Positions 12,351-23,668 of a stretch of DNA of 64,000 nt are shown here, in pieces. The stretch comes from Takakia lepidozioides (Eukaryota > Plantae > Bryophyta), in NCBI GenBank assembly GCA_030704615.1, contig CM060733.1:72974001-73038000 (forward strand). Reading direction: 5' to 3'. The notes under the pieces are model-generated. The model was not told the DNA's origin. It did not search any database and saw nothing but the letters and a program-made list of their open reading frames with translations. How positions within the stretch are numbered: position 1 is the stretch's first letter; each line of letters begins with the position of its first letter. The position numbers were made by a program, and so were the translations under genes.

Positions 12351-14775
12351 AGACCAATTTTCATGCGCCACATGAGGCCTCTAACATCCTGAAATGCAAG
12401 GACTTGAAAGGAAGACATCGCGTATGTACCTGTACAGAAGGCGCATTGCTGCTTTGTCCGCGTTCGGCTGGTCGGTGAACTCGTGGCTCCAGCAGGCATG
12501 GGTATCTCCCGAAAGAATAGGTCGGTTTGTAGAGTAGGAAGTACCTCGTCACATAGTCGCGTAGGCTCTCTGCTGCAGGAGAAATCTCCATCTTGAACTG
12601 ATGTGCTTGTGTGTCCAGCTGCTCTTGCGCATTCGTCGTCACCTGTGGAGATTCTCCATCAGATCGCTTTCCTCAAAAAATACAATGAATCCACCCCCTA
12701 CAAGAGTAGAAGCGCCAAACGAAGCGTGGGGAAGTACCTGAAACCACCATGTCATGCGGTTCATCCACATGTCGAATGTCGGGTCAGACAGTTTGTCCGG
12801 TTTGGGGAAGCTCCACATGTCCCTTGTACTTTGGGAACCATTCCAGATTTGGAGCCACCTGGTCTGTCCAACCACCCAGCATATTCGTAAGCGCCAAACA
12901 CCACAAAACGAGTTGTTGCCACCACAATTTGGTTAAGAATGTATCACCTTTTCTGTTGCATCCACACAGGATGTGGCTAGACGATGGAGCTTCTCCAATG
13001 TCATCGTGGGCTTCAGAGTGCGGGAGTAGTGCTTCCCCACCTCCACCAGAAAGTCGGCACCAAGGGCGGGATCAGCTATGGCCATGTACTTTACCATCCG
13101 CGACGTGTTTATGCGGGCCCTGGCCTCCACAGCTTTGAGATATGATTCGAGTGCTGGGAGGGTTAGATTCTTGTCCTCTGACTCCATGTAGAACCTCCGC
13201 GCATGTGCCAAATCCTGCTGAATTTTCGTCTGTCAAGAATGCGCACATAAGATTAGAGATCCCGCTCAACACTTTTTCTTCTATTGGGGGAGGAGAGACA
13301 CATTAGCTCAACAAAACAGTGAGGAGCTTTACCCGAAATATGTAGTCCACCATGGTGTCCATGCTCAGCCTATACCAGGTTCTGTCTGCCTTTGCCTCCA
13401 ACTTGCTCAGGAGGTCGGCACTGAGCGAATTGGCAAACTCTTGCACCCCCTGCTTCCCGACATCCTTCACTCGGAAGAGCATATGGGATAAGTTGGTGGT
13501 AATGAAGGCATTCTAAGTCACCCTGCAATGCCACATTTCCATCAAACAATACTGAAATGGGAATTTTCAACAAATATGAGGATTCGCAATGAAATGACTT
13601 ACAATCGGATGGGTCCAAAAGCAAGAGGCGTTGTAACTTACGAGTTGATGTCCGCCATTGCAGCTTTGAGAAGACTGCGATCTTTGGGCCCCGCAACCTT
13701 CAGCACAACACACTCCACGGCGAAATGCCAATCGAGGTCGTTGGGGTGGGCTTCGGCTATGTGCTCCATCCATGCCAGGAGGCGATGATTGCCGTCCCTC
13801 ACGTAAAAAAATCTTACCGGACAAGTGCTGGAAAAGAGGATCAGTAGCAATCGTTCTCTCGAACTCCTCATTTCGCTTTTGCCAATGGGGACCCCATTTG
13901 TCCACCTCATCGGAAGTGTGGGCACGGGAAGCTCCGTGGTCGTTCTCAATGGAAACGTAAAACACGGCAGACCCCATTCGATATCCATTCCGGAAAGAGA
14001 ATTTCAGCTTGTCGATATCGCCTGGGAGGGCAGGTCTCACCACCTGCAATGACACCAAGCGGCAAAGGGGAATCCGAAGCTTGGCCGGGTACACCATGCC
14101 CCCCAGCACCCTGCCAATGTTGCTGTGGGTTGCCTCCAACATCTTGGCAGCGGCCAACTTCATATCCGCCTCCGACATGACGTCTGCTGCAGAGGGGTTC
14201 TCCGGCATCCCACCAGGACCGCCAAATCCAGCCTGTATGCTGCGGGTTTGGGCCTGGGGATGTCCGGGAGGATGTCATCCTGGTCAGAAAGCTCCCTGTC
14301 GTCCTCCTCAACATGGTCAGCCACCGGCGAAACCACCTCGAGCACTCTCCCCATCTGTACTGCCCTCTCCCCAGCTTCACCTCGAACTGGCACAATCCGT
14401 GCTCTTTCTGGTGTTCTTTCCTCTCCTCCACTCTCCACCGTATGGGTAATTGCAGGGGCTGCTCTTGCCCACGATGGTCTAACCGGTGTGTTACTGCCTC
14501 TTTGTGGTGTCTTGGAGGGATCCACCGTCTCTGTGCGTCCCTCGCTTACATTGGCATCTGTCATTTGGGCACCCCTGGCCTCTTCAGTGGCCTTTTCTCT
14601 TTCCTCCTGGCTAGCATTCTATCTCGCCTGTTCTTTTGCCCTCTCACGGGCTTTCTGTTAGCAGCAGGGGAGCCCTCCAGGACGACCACCTTTGATTGAG
14701 GCGAACTAACACCCTCGCGCGCACTGCTCACTCCCCCCTCCGCAGCCCGTGACGGTTCTCTCGCCGGGGATTGCA

Positions 14776-15678
14776 GGTGTAAGCCTCTCTCAAACTCTCA
14801 GTAGACCTTCGTTAGAACTCTTGCAAGCTCCGCAACTTCTCTGCCCTTATCCCTTGATAGTTTCTCCTCAACTCCTCGAAGAACTCCACAACTGGGTTAA
14901 AGGCAGGCACGGGTGCTGGTGCTACAGCAGGAGCTTGAGTGGATTTTCCAGCTCCTATACCACTTAACCCACTACTAGTGCTTGCAGTTGGAGATGTTTG
15001 TGTAGCTGCTGGTGTCGCCGCTGCCCTTGTGCTTCTAGTGATGGAGACATAGTTAGGTGACCAATACTCTCGCCACTCCTCAATCTCCACCGCGTGTCCC
15101 CGCCTAAATTCATGGTAATCATCCATGGGCTACCCCTCAAGGTGTTGGAATAGCCCCTTCCACGCCATGAAGGGCGTAAACAGTTATGGATTGCGCATTT
15201 GCTGCAAATCACACCAACTTTCAAACTCTTGTATGAAGTCATCAAGCTCGATGGTGCCCACAGCTCCAGAGTACCTACGTGGCCCCTTAGTAGTTCCATA
15301 CATCTCCTCCATTGTGTCCCACAACAATGGCACGGAAATTACTTGCACCCTCGGCGAGAATCCTCCTGACTCTGAGTCTGAACCTTTCTCAGAAGACACT
15401 GAAGGTGAAGGTGGCCTAAACCGCACACCTCGTCTTGTGTACCCACTAGTATCGCTAGCTTTCTTCTTCTTCTTTGCGTGGGCGGGCCCTACTGCATGTG
15501 CATCAACAACCTCCATTGCCGGATCTGCTGTCCTCACGTCCTCACGCCCTTCACCTGCCATGCCGCCTGCACCAACCTCCCCAATGCCTATTCTGTCGTA
15601 CTCTCGCTGCAGGTCCTCCCGTCCACCAACAAAAGGCGATTCAAACATGCGATGAGTTGGAGCTGTTGATGATACCAC
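14776..15678 (-). mobile_element. Truncated Ty3 gag fragment inside the ParB-MTase gene of A
   Basis: PRRYSGAVGTIELDDFIQEFESWCDLQQ...FFEELRRNYQGIRAEKLRSLQEF*RRSTESLREAY resembles retrotransposon gag. No LTR seen; boundaries approximate. Confidence 0.6.
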
Positions 15679-16639
15679 CAGCGTGCCGGGCTCGTCGTCA
15701 CTCTGTCATTCCCCAAAATCGTGAGAACCAACATCGGTGCCAAAACCAGCATCGCAACGAGCAGCGCAACCACCATAGCAACAATCGTGGAACAACAATG
15801 AAAACAAAACAAGTTTAGGAAGTATGGAGTGCCATGGAACAACAATGAAAACAAATCCAACCAATGCCTAAGAATGACATGCACAAGCAGCCTTCTCCAG
15901 AGCTGCCGGCTTTGCACACGCATTGCAAACTATGTAAGCTTCACTCAACCGGTAATATGAAACACGATGAACAAATGATCAGGAATTCCATAAGACGGGA
16001 AAACAGGGTGAAATGTTTTGAAGGCACTTTATCTGCTCAGACATTCTTCTCAGCTCAGCATGGATTTCCTTAATTTTTAACCACTCAAACATTGATCATT
16101 CTTCGCAACAGCTCCTGCTTTTGCGATGCAACCATATGCTTCCAGTGATGCCAGGATGAAGATGCGAAAACAAAGCGAAACAACAAAGCGAAAGCAAAAG
16201 CGAAAGCGAACAAAGCGAAAGCAGAAGTGGCTTGCCTGGGAGTACTCGGCTTCAGTTGGCGCGGGTTGTGAGCAAGACACTGGAATCTCCTGCTGGAGCT
16301 TAAGTTTGGCCATGCGAGAGATTGGCCGTCGTTCAAAGTACAAAGCTCTCAACTTCCGCCACGGTCTGGATGTGGGGTCTCTCTCAGGAGAGCCACGCCC
16401 TTCAGGCGGCATAAGTCCCAGCCAAAAAGAAAAAAGATCTCAGTTTTTTGGGGTACATGCCTCCAATAGAAGTTAATCCAAGTTTAGCATCAGATTTAGG
16501 GTACGTATCGAGGAAGCAACCGCGGAATCCCTGTATCGCCAGCCCGAATCAAAACGGACGGCGGTGGACATTTAATGCCAAACTACGCAATTAAATGTCG
16601 GATGAAGCCCTCCCTTTCGGATGAAATATGACGTAACCC

Positions 16640-18510
16640 GGCCCCGAATTTCCAACGTAGAGGTAATTCGGAACGCGACAGGATGGGAATCCGGCACCGG
16701 ATTTCCATCCTGCAGGTAATTCGGAGCGCGGATAAATGGAATCCGGCGCCGGATTTCCATCCGCCAGGTAGGGCGGCGCGCGAAATTTCCGTCACGCAGG
16801 TAATTCTGCGCGCTGATGGATGGAAATCCGGCGCCGGATTTCCATCCTGCAGGTAATTTCAAGCGCCGAATTTCCGTTATGCAGGTAATTCGGAGCCCGG
16901 ATGGATGGAAATTCGGCGCCGAATTTCCGTTATGCAGGTAATTCGGAGCCCGGATGGATGGAAATTCGGCGCCGAATTTCCATCCGCCAGGTAAGTCTAA
17001 GCGCCGAATTACCATCCTGCAGGTAATTCTGAGCGTGGCCGCTTGGTTTTTCGGAGAAAAACACAGTAAATTGTTAGTTTTGTGGCTAAAGTCCACTTTT
17101 AGACACGTTTTCATGGACTCCTCGACTACTAGAGGGAAATCGGAACGGCCCCGGACGGAAATTCGGTGTCGTTTTTCCATCCTGGGAGGTTTTTATATCG
17201 TCCAGTTTTCGGCCTCACCACCCGACCGGACTTCCTTTGATGGGGCCCGGATGGAAATTCTGGCGCCGAATTTCCATCCGGGGGATGCTCTCTGTCGGAC
17301 AGGTGCCGTCCTCTCCGCCCGAGGCGACTTCATCCGGGCGTCCCCTGTTGGATATTCGGTGCCGAATTTCCGTCCGGGGGTTGAAATGTGACGGCCAGGT
17401 GCCGGCCTCTCCCCCCTCCCCAACTGCATCCGAACGGCCCCGGATGGAAATTCGGCGCCGTTTTTCCATCCGGGGAGGTTCTTATGTCGACCAGTTTTCG
17501 ACCTGACCCCCCGACACGACTTCCTTTGGGGGGGCCCGGATGGAAATTCGGCGCCGAATCTCCATCCAGGGGATACTCTCTGTCGGACACGTGCCGGCCT
17601 CTCCGCCCGATGCAACTTCATCCGGGCGTCCCCTGTTGGATATTCGGTGCCGAATTTCCGTCCGGGGTTGAAATGTGACGGCCAGGTGCCGGCCTCTCCC
17701 CCCTCCCCAACTGCATCCGAATGGCCCCGGATGGAAATTCGGCGCCGTTTTTCCATCCGGGGAGGTTTTTATGTCGACCAGTTTTCGGCCTGACCCCCGA
17801 CACGACTTCCTTTGGGGGGGCCCGGATGGAAATTCGGCGCCGAATCTCCATCCAGGGGATGCTCTCTGTTGGACACGTGCCGGCCTCTCCGCCCGATGCA
17901 ACTTCATCCGGGCGTCCCCTGTTGGATATTCGGTGCCGAATTTCCGTCCGGGGGTTGAAATGTGACGGCCAGGTGCCTGCCTCTCCCCCCTCCCCGACTG
18001 CATCCGAACGGGCCCGGATGGAAATTCGGCGCCGTTTTTCCATCCGGGGAGGTTTTTATGTCCACCAGTTTTCGGCCTGACCCCCGACACGACTTCCTTT
18101 GGGGGGGCCCGGATGGAAATTCGGCGCCGAATCTCCATCCAGGGGATGCTCTCTGTCGCACACTTGCCGGCCTCTGCGCCCGACGCGACTTCATCCGGGC
18201 GTCCCCTATTGGATATTCGGTGCCGAATTTCCGTCCGGGGGTTGAAATGTGACGGCCAGGTGCCGGCCTCTCCCCCCTCCCCGAGTGCCTCCGAACGGCC
18301 CCGGATGGAAATTCGGCGCCGTTTTTCCATCCGCGGAGGTTTTATGTCGGCCAGTTTTCGGCCTGACCCCCCGACACGACTTCCTTTGGGGGGATCCGGA
18401 TGGAATTCGGCGCTGAATTTCCATCCGGGGGATGTTCTCTGTCGGACAGGTGCCGGCCTCTCTGCCCCAGGCGGCCCCGGTTGGATATTCGGTGCCGAAT
18501 TTCCATTCGG
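16640..18510. repeat. Central palindrome array of A, including about 4-5 tandem 287-bp units
   Basis: Unit starts at 17388, 17675, 17962 and 18249, with three palindrome-like sites per unit. Perfect 30-bp palindrome GGATGGAAATTCGGCGCCGAATTTCCATCC at 16956-16985. Confidence 0.92.
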
Positions 18511-18810
18511 GGGTAGTAATGTGACAGCACGGTGCCGGCTTCTCCCCTTCAGCCGACATCATTCGGACGGCCCCCCACTTTCTGACTGCATACCGTTGGC
18601 AGTTATTGCGCAAAGACCAGGGGCCGCATTCTGGAGACAAGGTTCATTAACACTCTGACTGGGGATTTTTGAGATAGTTGGCTCCCTGGATTTGGATCAG
18701 GCTTCGTCGCTCGGACAAATCGGCACCGCATTCCTTCCCATCGCTGCATCCCCCTTCTACCAGGGAGCTTGCCCGCACGTCATCCTGGCAGTCTTGTGTG
18801 CACATCTCCC

Positions 18811-21743
18811 ATGGCGGAAAACCCGAGCGCTACAGTGTACTGCCCTCCTCACGAGCATAGAGCTTCATTTCCGTGCAGAGGGGACATCTGCCGGGTGATG
18901 GAGAAATATCTGTACGTTCGATACCACCTGAAACCGGGGTTGGTTTTTTTGGAGGAGGAAAGGAAGGACTCAAACGGCGTTGTTGTCGAGAGTATTGTTG
19001 TGCTCCACGATGATTTCGGCGATGGCAGGGAATGGCGAGTTCCACCATCGGACAGCGTCATATACAGGGCTGTTGGGGACTTCATTTGCCCGCCAAATGC
19101 ACCTTCTATCCTGGCGCCTTCAACGAAACAATCCGCGAATCAGAGAGTGGGTACCTGAAAGAGAGAAGTCCGCAACGAAGTAAATCCAGAGCCGAACCCA
19201 TCAATGAAGACGAGCGAGAACCAGGTTGTTCACAACCTGTCCGACTCAGACAAGGTCATGGAAGTTCCGAGATCGTCCTGGAGATCAGGCAAGTCCTCAA
19301 TGGACGTCAGTGGACGAGGGAGTCATATTCCCAGCACGAGCACCGCAGTTCGATCTATTCTTGAAATTCTGCGAGGGCTTCACATGGAGGGACACCGCTC
19401 GGAGCTGGCCGGGCTGGACTACAGCAAGTTTGCAATTAAATCGGTTACATGCCTTCCCGCAGACGTCGACGGTAATATCTTCTTTGAGTTCCCTCCTCGG
19501 GCGGACTACTCGAGGGCGTCCGGAATGTTGACAGATATGGATAGAAAACATGACGGTCATCCTTGGTGCGTTACCAAAACCACCAGCATGAAGATGCTCG
19601 ATGGTGTGCGGGCGCGTTGCGGTGTTTCTCCCCAACTTGCTTCCACTTTAAATCCAGAGGTCACAGGAACGAGACCGATTGGACAGGCACAGCTCATCAA
19701 CCATTTCGAGCTCAGGAGAAGGTTCCGAACTCCACATTTAAGTGTGCGCATTGCAAAGAACCACCACACTGCATGTCTGTTTGTAATGCCAAGCAGTTCT
19801 ATGTGTTGCACCGTTTCCCTGACCTCACCCGAGCTTGCATACACGTTGGTTCCCATTGTCACAAATTGGCGAGGGGGAACTCGCGGGAGGCTGCCCACGA
19901 GGTAGAGCAGCTCGTTCAGGAGGAGGTTAAGTTGAGACCGGGTGCCAAACCCAAACAGATACAGCTCCTAGCCGCCCATAAGATGGCGTTGGCCAGAATT
20001 ATGTCGGAAGACGGCTCCGGAGTAAACCCTAAACCCCACTGCAGGATGCTAATAACAATTGTTATTTGTGAGATGAAAGGAGAGGACACACAATCGGAGA
20101 TGCTTCTTTGGCAGGGAATAAACGAACAAATGGCCAAGGCGGGATTGCCCCCTCCCAATTTCCGTGGTTTCATGGCGGACAACGCACAAGCAAATTGGGC
20201 TACCATCCGAAGGGTGTACGGGCAAGACCCCAATGTTCCCATGGAAGGCAAGGAGAGATCTTGTGGGTTCCATTTTCTGCAGAGCCTTTCGCAGTACACA
20301 ACCAGGCTCGTGGCGCCAGATTTCAGAGAGGAGCACCGTTCCATGTGTCTTGCGTGGAAGCGCGCTCCTACCTTGGATGATGCAGAGACACAATTTGCAT
20401 GTATACGAGCTTGGTGGACATCGTCAGGTGCTGTAAGGAAATCAGACGAGGGAGCAATGGTCAGTTGGCTAGCATGGTGGCATTATCGTTTCCTCCAGTT
20501 CGGCGACTATATGCGGGAGGTGAGTTGCACGAATTCGCGTCCCGTTGAATATTATTCTTGGCATTATTTGTAACTTGCTTGTAACCTCAACATGTGCTTG
20601 TGCAGGAAATGTGTCTCGACTCCGACACCGACATGCCCACGACAAACATGGCCGAATCAGTGCACTCTTCCTGGCATGCCTCCTCTGCGGTGCATCTGGT
20701 GGACATCCTCACTGCCACAACGGGGGACATTGTGACGTCAATTATGCAGCAAAGCAGGTACAACGAGTTCTTGAAAGGGAAACAGTGGGGCTTGGGGCCG
20801 GACAGGCAGGAAATGCTGATGCGGACTGCCTCCAGATCAAAGAATCCTCGGAAGTGGGCTCTATAGTAAAACAGTACAACATTCCCATTGTGGAGACAAG
20901 AGTGTCGGAGTCACAGTGGAGAATTGCGAGGACATTGTCGGCATTTCAAGGGAAGTGCTGCGCCATCCGAGTGGATACGAGAGCACATTGTGGTGAGATG
21001 ATTCGGAGGAACCCACACGGTGCTGTACCTGCACCTTGTTTCAGCGGCAGATTTTTTACTCCCACATTTGCTCACGCCACAAGACATTTTGGTTCTGTAG
21101 GCACGACATAATGACCTGTGTATTTGGCAAGCCCAAATACGGGATTCAGGGAATGCCGGAGCCTCCGGGCGTCTGGCCTGTTGCACCGGGTTGCAGCCTC
21201 TCTCAGAATGGGGCGGATGCTCTATCTGCAGCAGGATTTTGAATGGTGCAACACACAGACGTCCCGGCCCACGCATTTCCGGTTCCTCAGACCCAGCCAT
21301 TATAGACTGCTCGGTCTAGTAGAGACGGATTGGACAATTCTGCACATCCCACAATGCGATTCGGAAGAGTGAAGAGACACCCTCCCAACAAGTTGAATGA
21401 GACTCGGATTGCCAATGCTCTTGGGATGGCTTGCACTATTCAGAGCTCCGTGGACGTACCTCCACCCGGCCTTGGGCGTGTTTATCGGATGGCAACGGCC
21501 GGCTCGGCTGTACGCGACGATGTATACACAATTACGATTGGAGTGGAGCCGGCTTGCAATTGTACGGACTTCTCGTTGATGGAAGCAAAGAAGGGTTCAA
21601 AGTATTATCCGTGCAAGCATCTGTATTACATTTACCTGAAGAGGTTGAGGATGAACGTGACTATTGATGACTTTATTCATGCACCGGCGTTGAGCGTGAA
21701 CGAGCTGCACAAACTCCTCCTTAGGGATTCCAGAAATCATTGA
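18811..21743 (+). pseudogene. MULE transposase of A (GCM-like Zn domain, DDE core, SWIM), internally deleted and frameshifted
   Basis: CAHCKEPPHC...HVGSHCH; FMADNAQAN; CGFH (CxxH); TNMAESVH; SWIM CNCTDF...CKHLYYIY. The segment with the first catalytic Asp, present in B, is missing at ~20020. Confidence 0.85.
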
Positions 21744-21894
21744 TGGGGCAAAGGGAATCCTCCATATGGATATTTTCAATTGCATTTTCATGTATCAGAC
21801 TTTTTTTTGCAGTGTAATGAAATGCACCCCAAAACTCCTGGAATGAGGCAATATTCCATTCAAACTGAGATCCAACAGCAGTTGTGGGGCCATT

Positions 21895-22280
21895 TCTGGA
21901 AAAATGGCGCCGAATTTCTCTATTTTGGGCCGAAAACTGGCTAAGTCCCAACATGCACTGGTACCCGTGTCTGGAAAAATGGCGCCGAATTTCCCTATTT
22001 TGCGCCGAAAACTGGCTAAGTCCGAACATGCACTGGAAAAATGGCGCCGAATTTCCAGTTACATGGCCCAGAACTGCCCAACATCTGTGCAATCCCCAGC
22101 ACCATGTACCGAAATTCGGCGCCACATTTCCAAATTTTGGGCTTACACACCTGTCATGAGGGGACCTATAGCCGCGGAATTCGGCACCATTTTTCGCCAG
22201 AGAGACCTATTACCGCGAAATACGTCGCGGTTTTTTCCGGTTACGGACCCTATTACCGCGAAATTCGGCGCCATTTTTGC
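21895..22280. repeat. Subterminal palindrome-like site array of A
   Basis: GGAAAAATGGCGCCGAATTTC repeated at ~21898, 21973 and 22035, plus reverse-orientation copies. Confidence 0.8.
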
Positions 22281-22708
22281 ACATGTCGCTGGAATTGGCA
22301 TGAGCGGAAGACGAAATATGATGAGCACAACTCTCAAAACTACAATTTTCCCTTCAAGGTGCCGAATAATATATTTGTTTTTTCTGACACATTGCATTAA
22401 ATTAATGTTTTTTATTTTCGAAATTTGTACTTCTGCTCATGAAAACCGATTGTCTTGCTACTCCGCTCATGCCGCTCATGCTCATGAAATAGCTAACCTC
22501 TGTTTAGGCCCTGGAGTGGTTATCTTCATGGCAAGCGCGGTGGGCTCATCTTTCTCGAGTTGAGCCTCACCGCGCTTAGCTATGGTGCCGTAGTGTGGAT
22601 TCCCCATGGCATGGGGTGCACTTGGCTCGACTTGTATTTGAGTAATGATTTTATATATGCATCAGTTTATGTGAGTTCATGTGAGCTTGTGTTCTTCTTA
22701 TTTATCAT

Positions 22709-22753
22709 TGTGATGGACTAATGGCAGCCTAGTGGTGGAGCAGCCTAGTGGTT
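22709..22753 (+). mobile_element. Second tandem LTR copy, split by element B (continues at 58958-~59020)
   Basis: TGTGATGGACTA...GCAGCCTAGTGGTGGA repeats the 8872 LTR start, and CTAGTGG-rich sequence resumes after 58957. Confidence 0.65.
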
Positions 22754-23668
22754 GAGGTTTACTATTTCATGAGCAGAAACCATGAGCCATGACCCATGAC
22801 CCATGAGCCGCATGAGCCGCACAAGCGGTGAGCCGAAGTCTAAGACACGCGGATTTCATGAGCGGACTCCTCCAAATTTGGAAATGCGGCAAATTAAACA
22901 AGTATTAAAATAATAGTTTTTTTATTTGACCTTGTCATTTTTGGAAGTTCCACATCCTGTAATGCGACGAAGATATGTCGTCAGTAACAAGTCCGCTCAT
23001 GGTTTTTTAGATCCGCTCATGGAAATGATTGACCGTGCAACGAGAAATCCAGTATACCACGGCAAAAGGACGTTGCATACTGGCCTGTATAGAGTATTCC
23101 GCGGTTTTACATGTCTTAACATTGGAATGAAGCTGACCCTTCTGCTGCGATTGAACCAATAGAGTCTGCACCAATAGAGTTTGCAGTACTTCACAATTCT
23201 GTCATTTTCGGGTATTCGGCGGGAAAGATTTGCGACTCAACTAGGAAATGTGGTGCCGCATTAGGGCTCGCACGTGCGAAATTTCTGGGGAGTTTGGTGT
23301 TGGCGACGATCGGCTCCCTGAAGGCTGGGTGCGACTATCTTGCTATGACGAAGGCCACATCTACCAGTACCTACGACGTTACTTGGAAATGCGGCGCCGC
23401 ATTTCCTTGCCGGGGGTCGAATGAGGAAAGCAAAGTTTGGGAGAGCAGAAAAATAGGAACCCTCCAACAAACAAAAATACAAGCACGTAGAAACAGAAGT
23501 GAATGACATAGTATTATCTTAGTTCGAGCAAAACAGGTTACTGGAAGGCAAGACATAAGTCCGACCTTTCTGTGGCCAGACTCAGAGGTACTTGCAGTAG
23601 TACAGTTCTACTACAACTGAAACTCCGAAAAGGATGGGCGTACCATGGTTGGGGACCGCAAGCCAAGC

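Larger units (their letters stand above)
9362..16412 (-). pseudogene. Multi-exon ParB/Srx-like plus beta-class N6A/N4C-like DNA methyltransferase gene of element A (frameshifted, interrupted by a gag fragment)
   Basis: YVRDGNHRLLAW (DGNHR at 13782-13796); DMVLLDIPDG (DIPD at 10832-10843); RSPAFIQTLMETCSDVQGRILDLTCSTG / ASMWAGTLSDRHVFAFEPD; acidic tail. Exon order and GT-AG junctions are collinear with the B copy. Confidence 0.75.
9152..22500. mobile_element. MULE-like DNA transposon A (13.3 kb) carrying ParB-MTase and transposase genes
   Basis: Left end GGGGGCTGCTATTTCATGAGCGGCATGAGC; right end GCTCATGCTCATGAAATAGCTAACCTC; exact 9-bp TSD TGTTTAGGC at 9143-9151 and 22501-22509. Confidence 0.93.

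Noticed and set aside
16572-18658. Many long overlapping ORFs (e.g. 17482-18330)
   Set aside because: Translations are periodic read-throughs of the 287-bp GC-rich repeat on both strands, with no protein-like signal.
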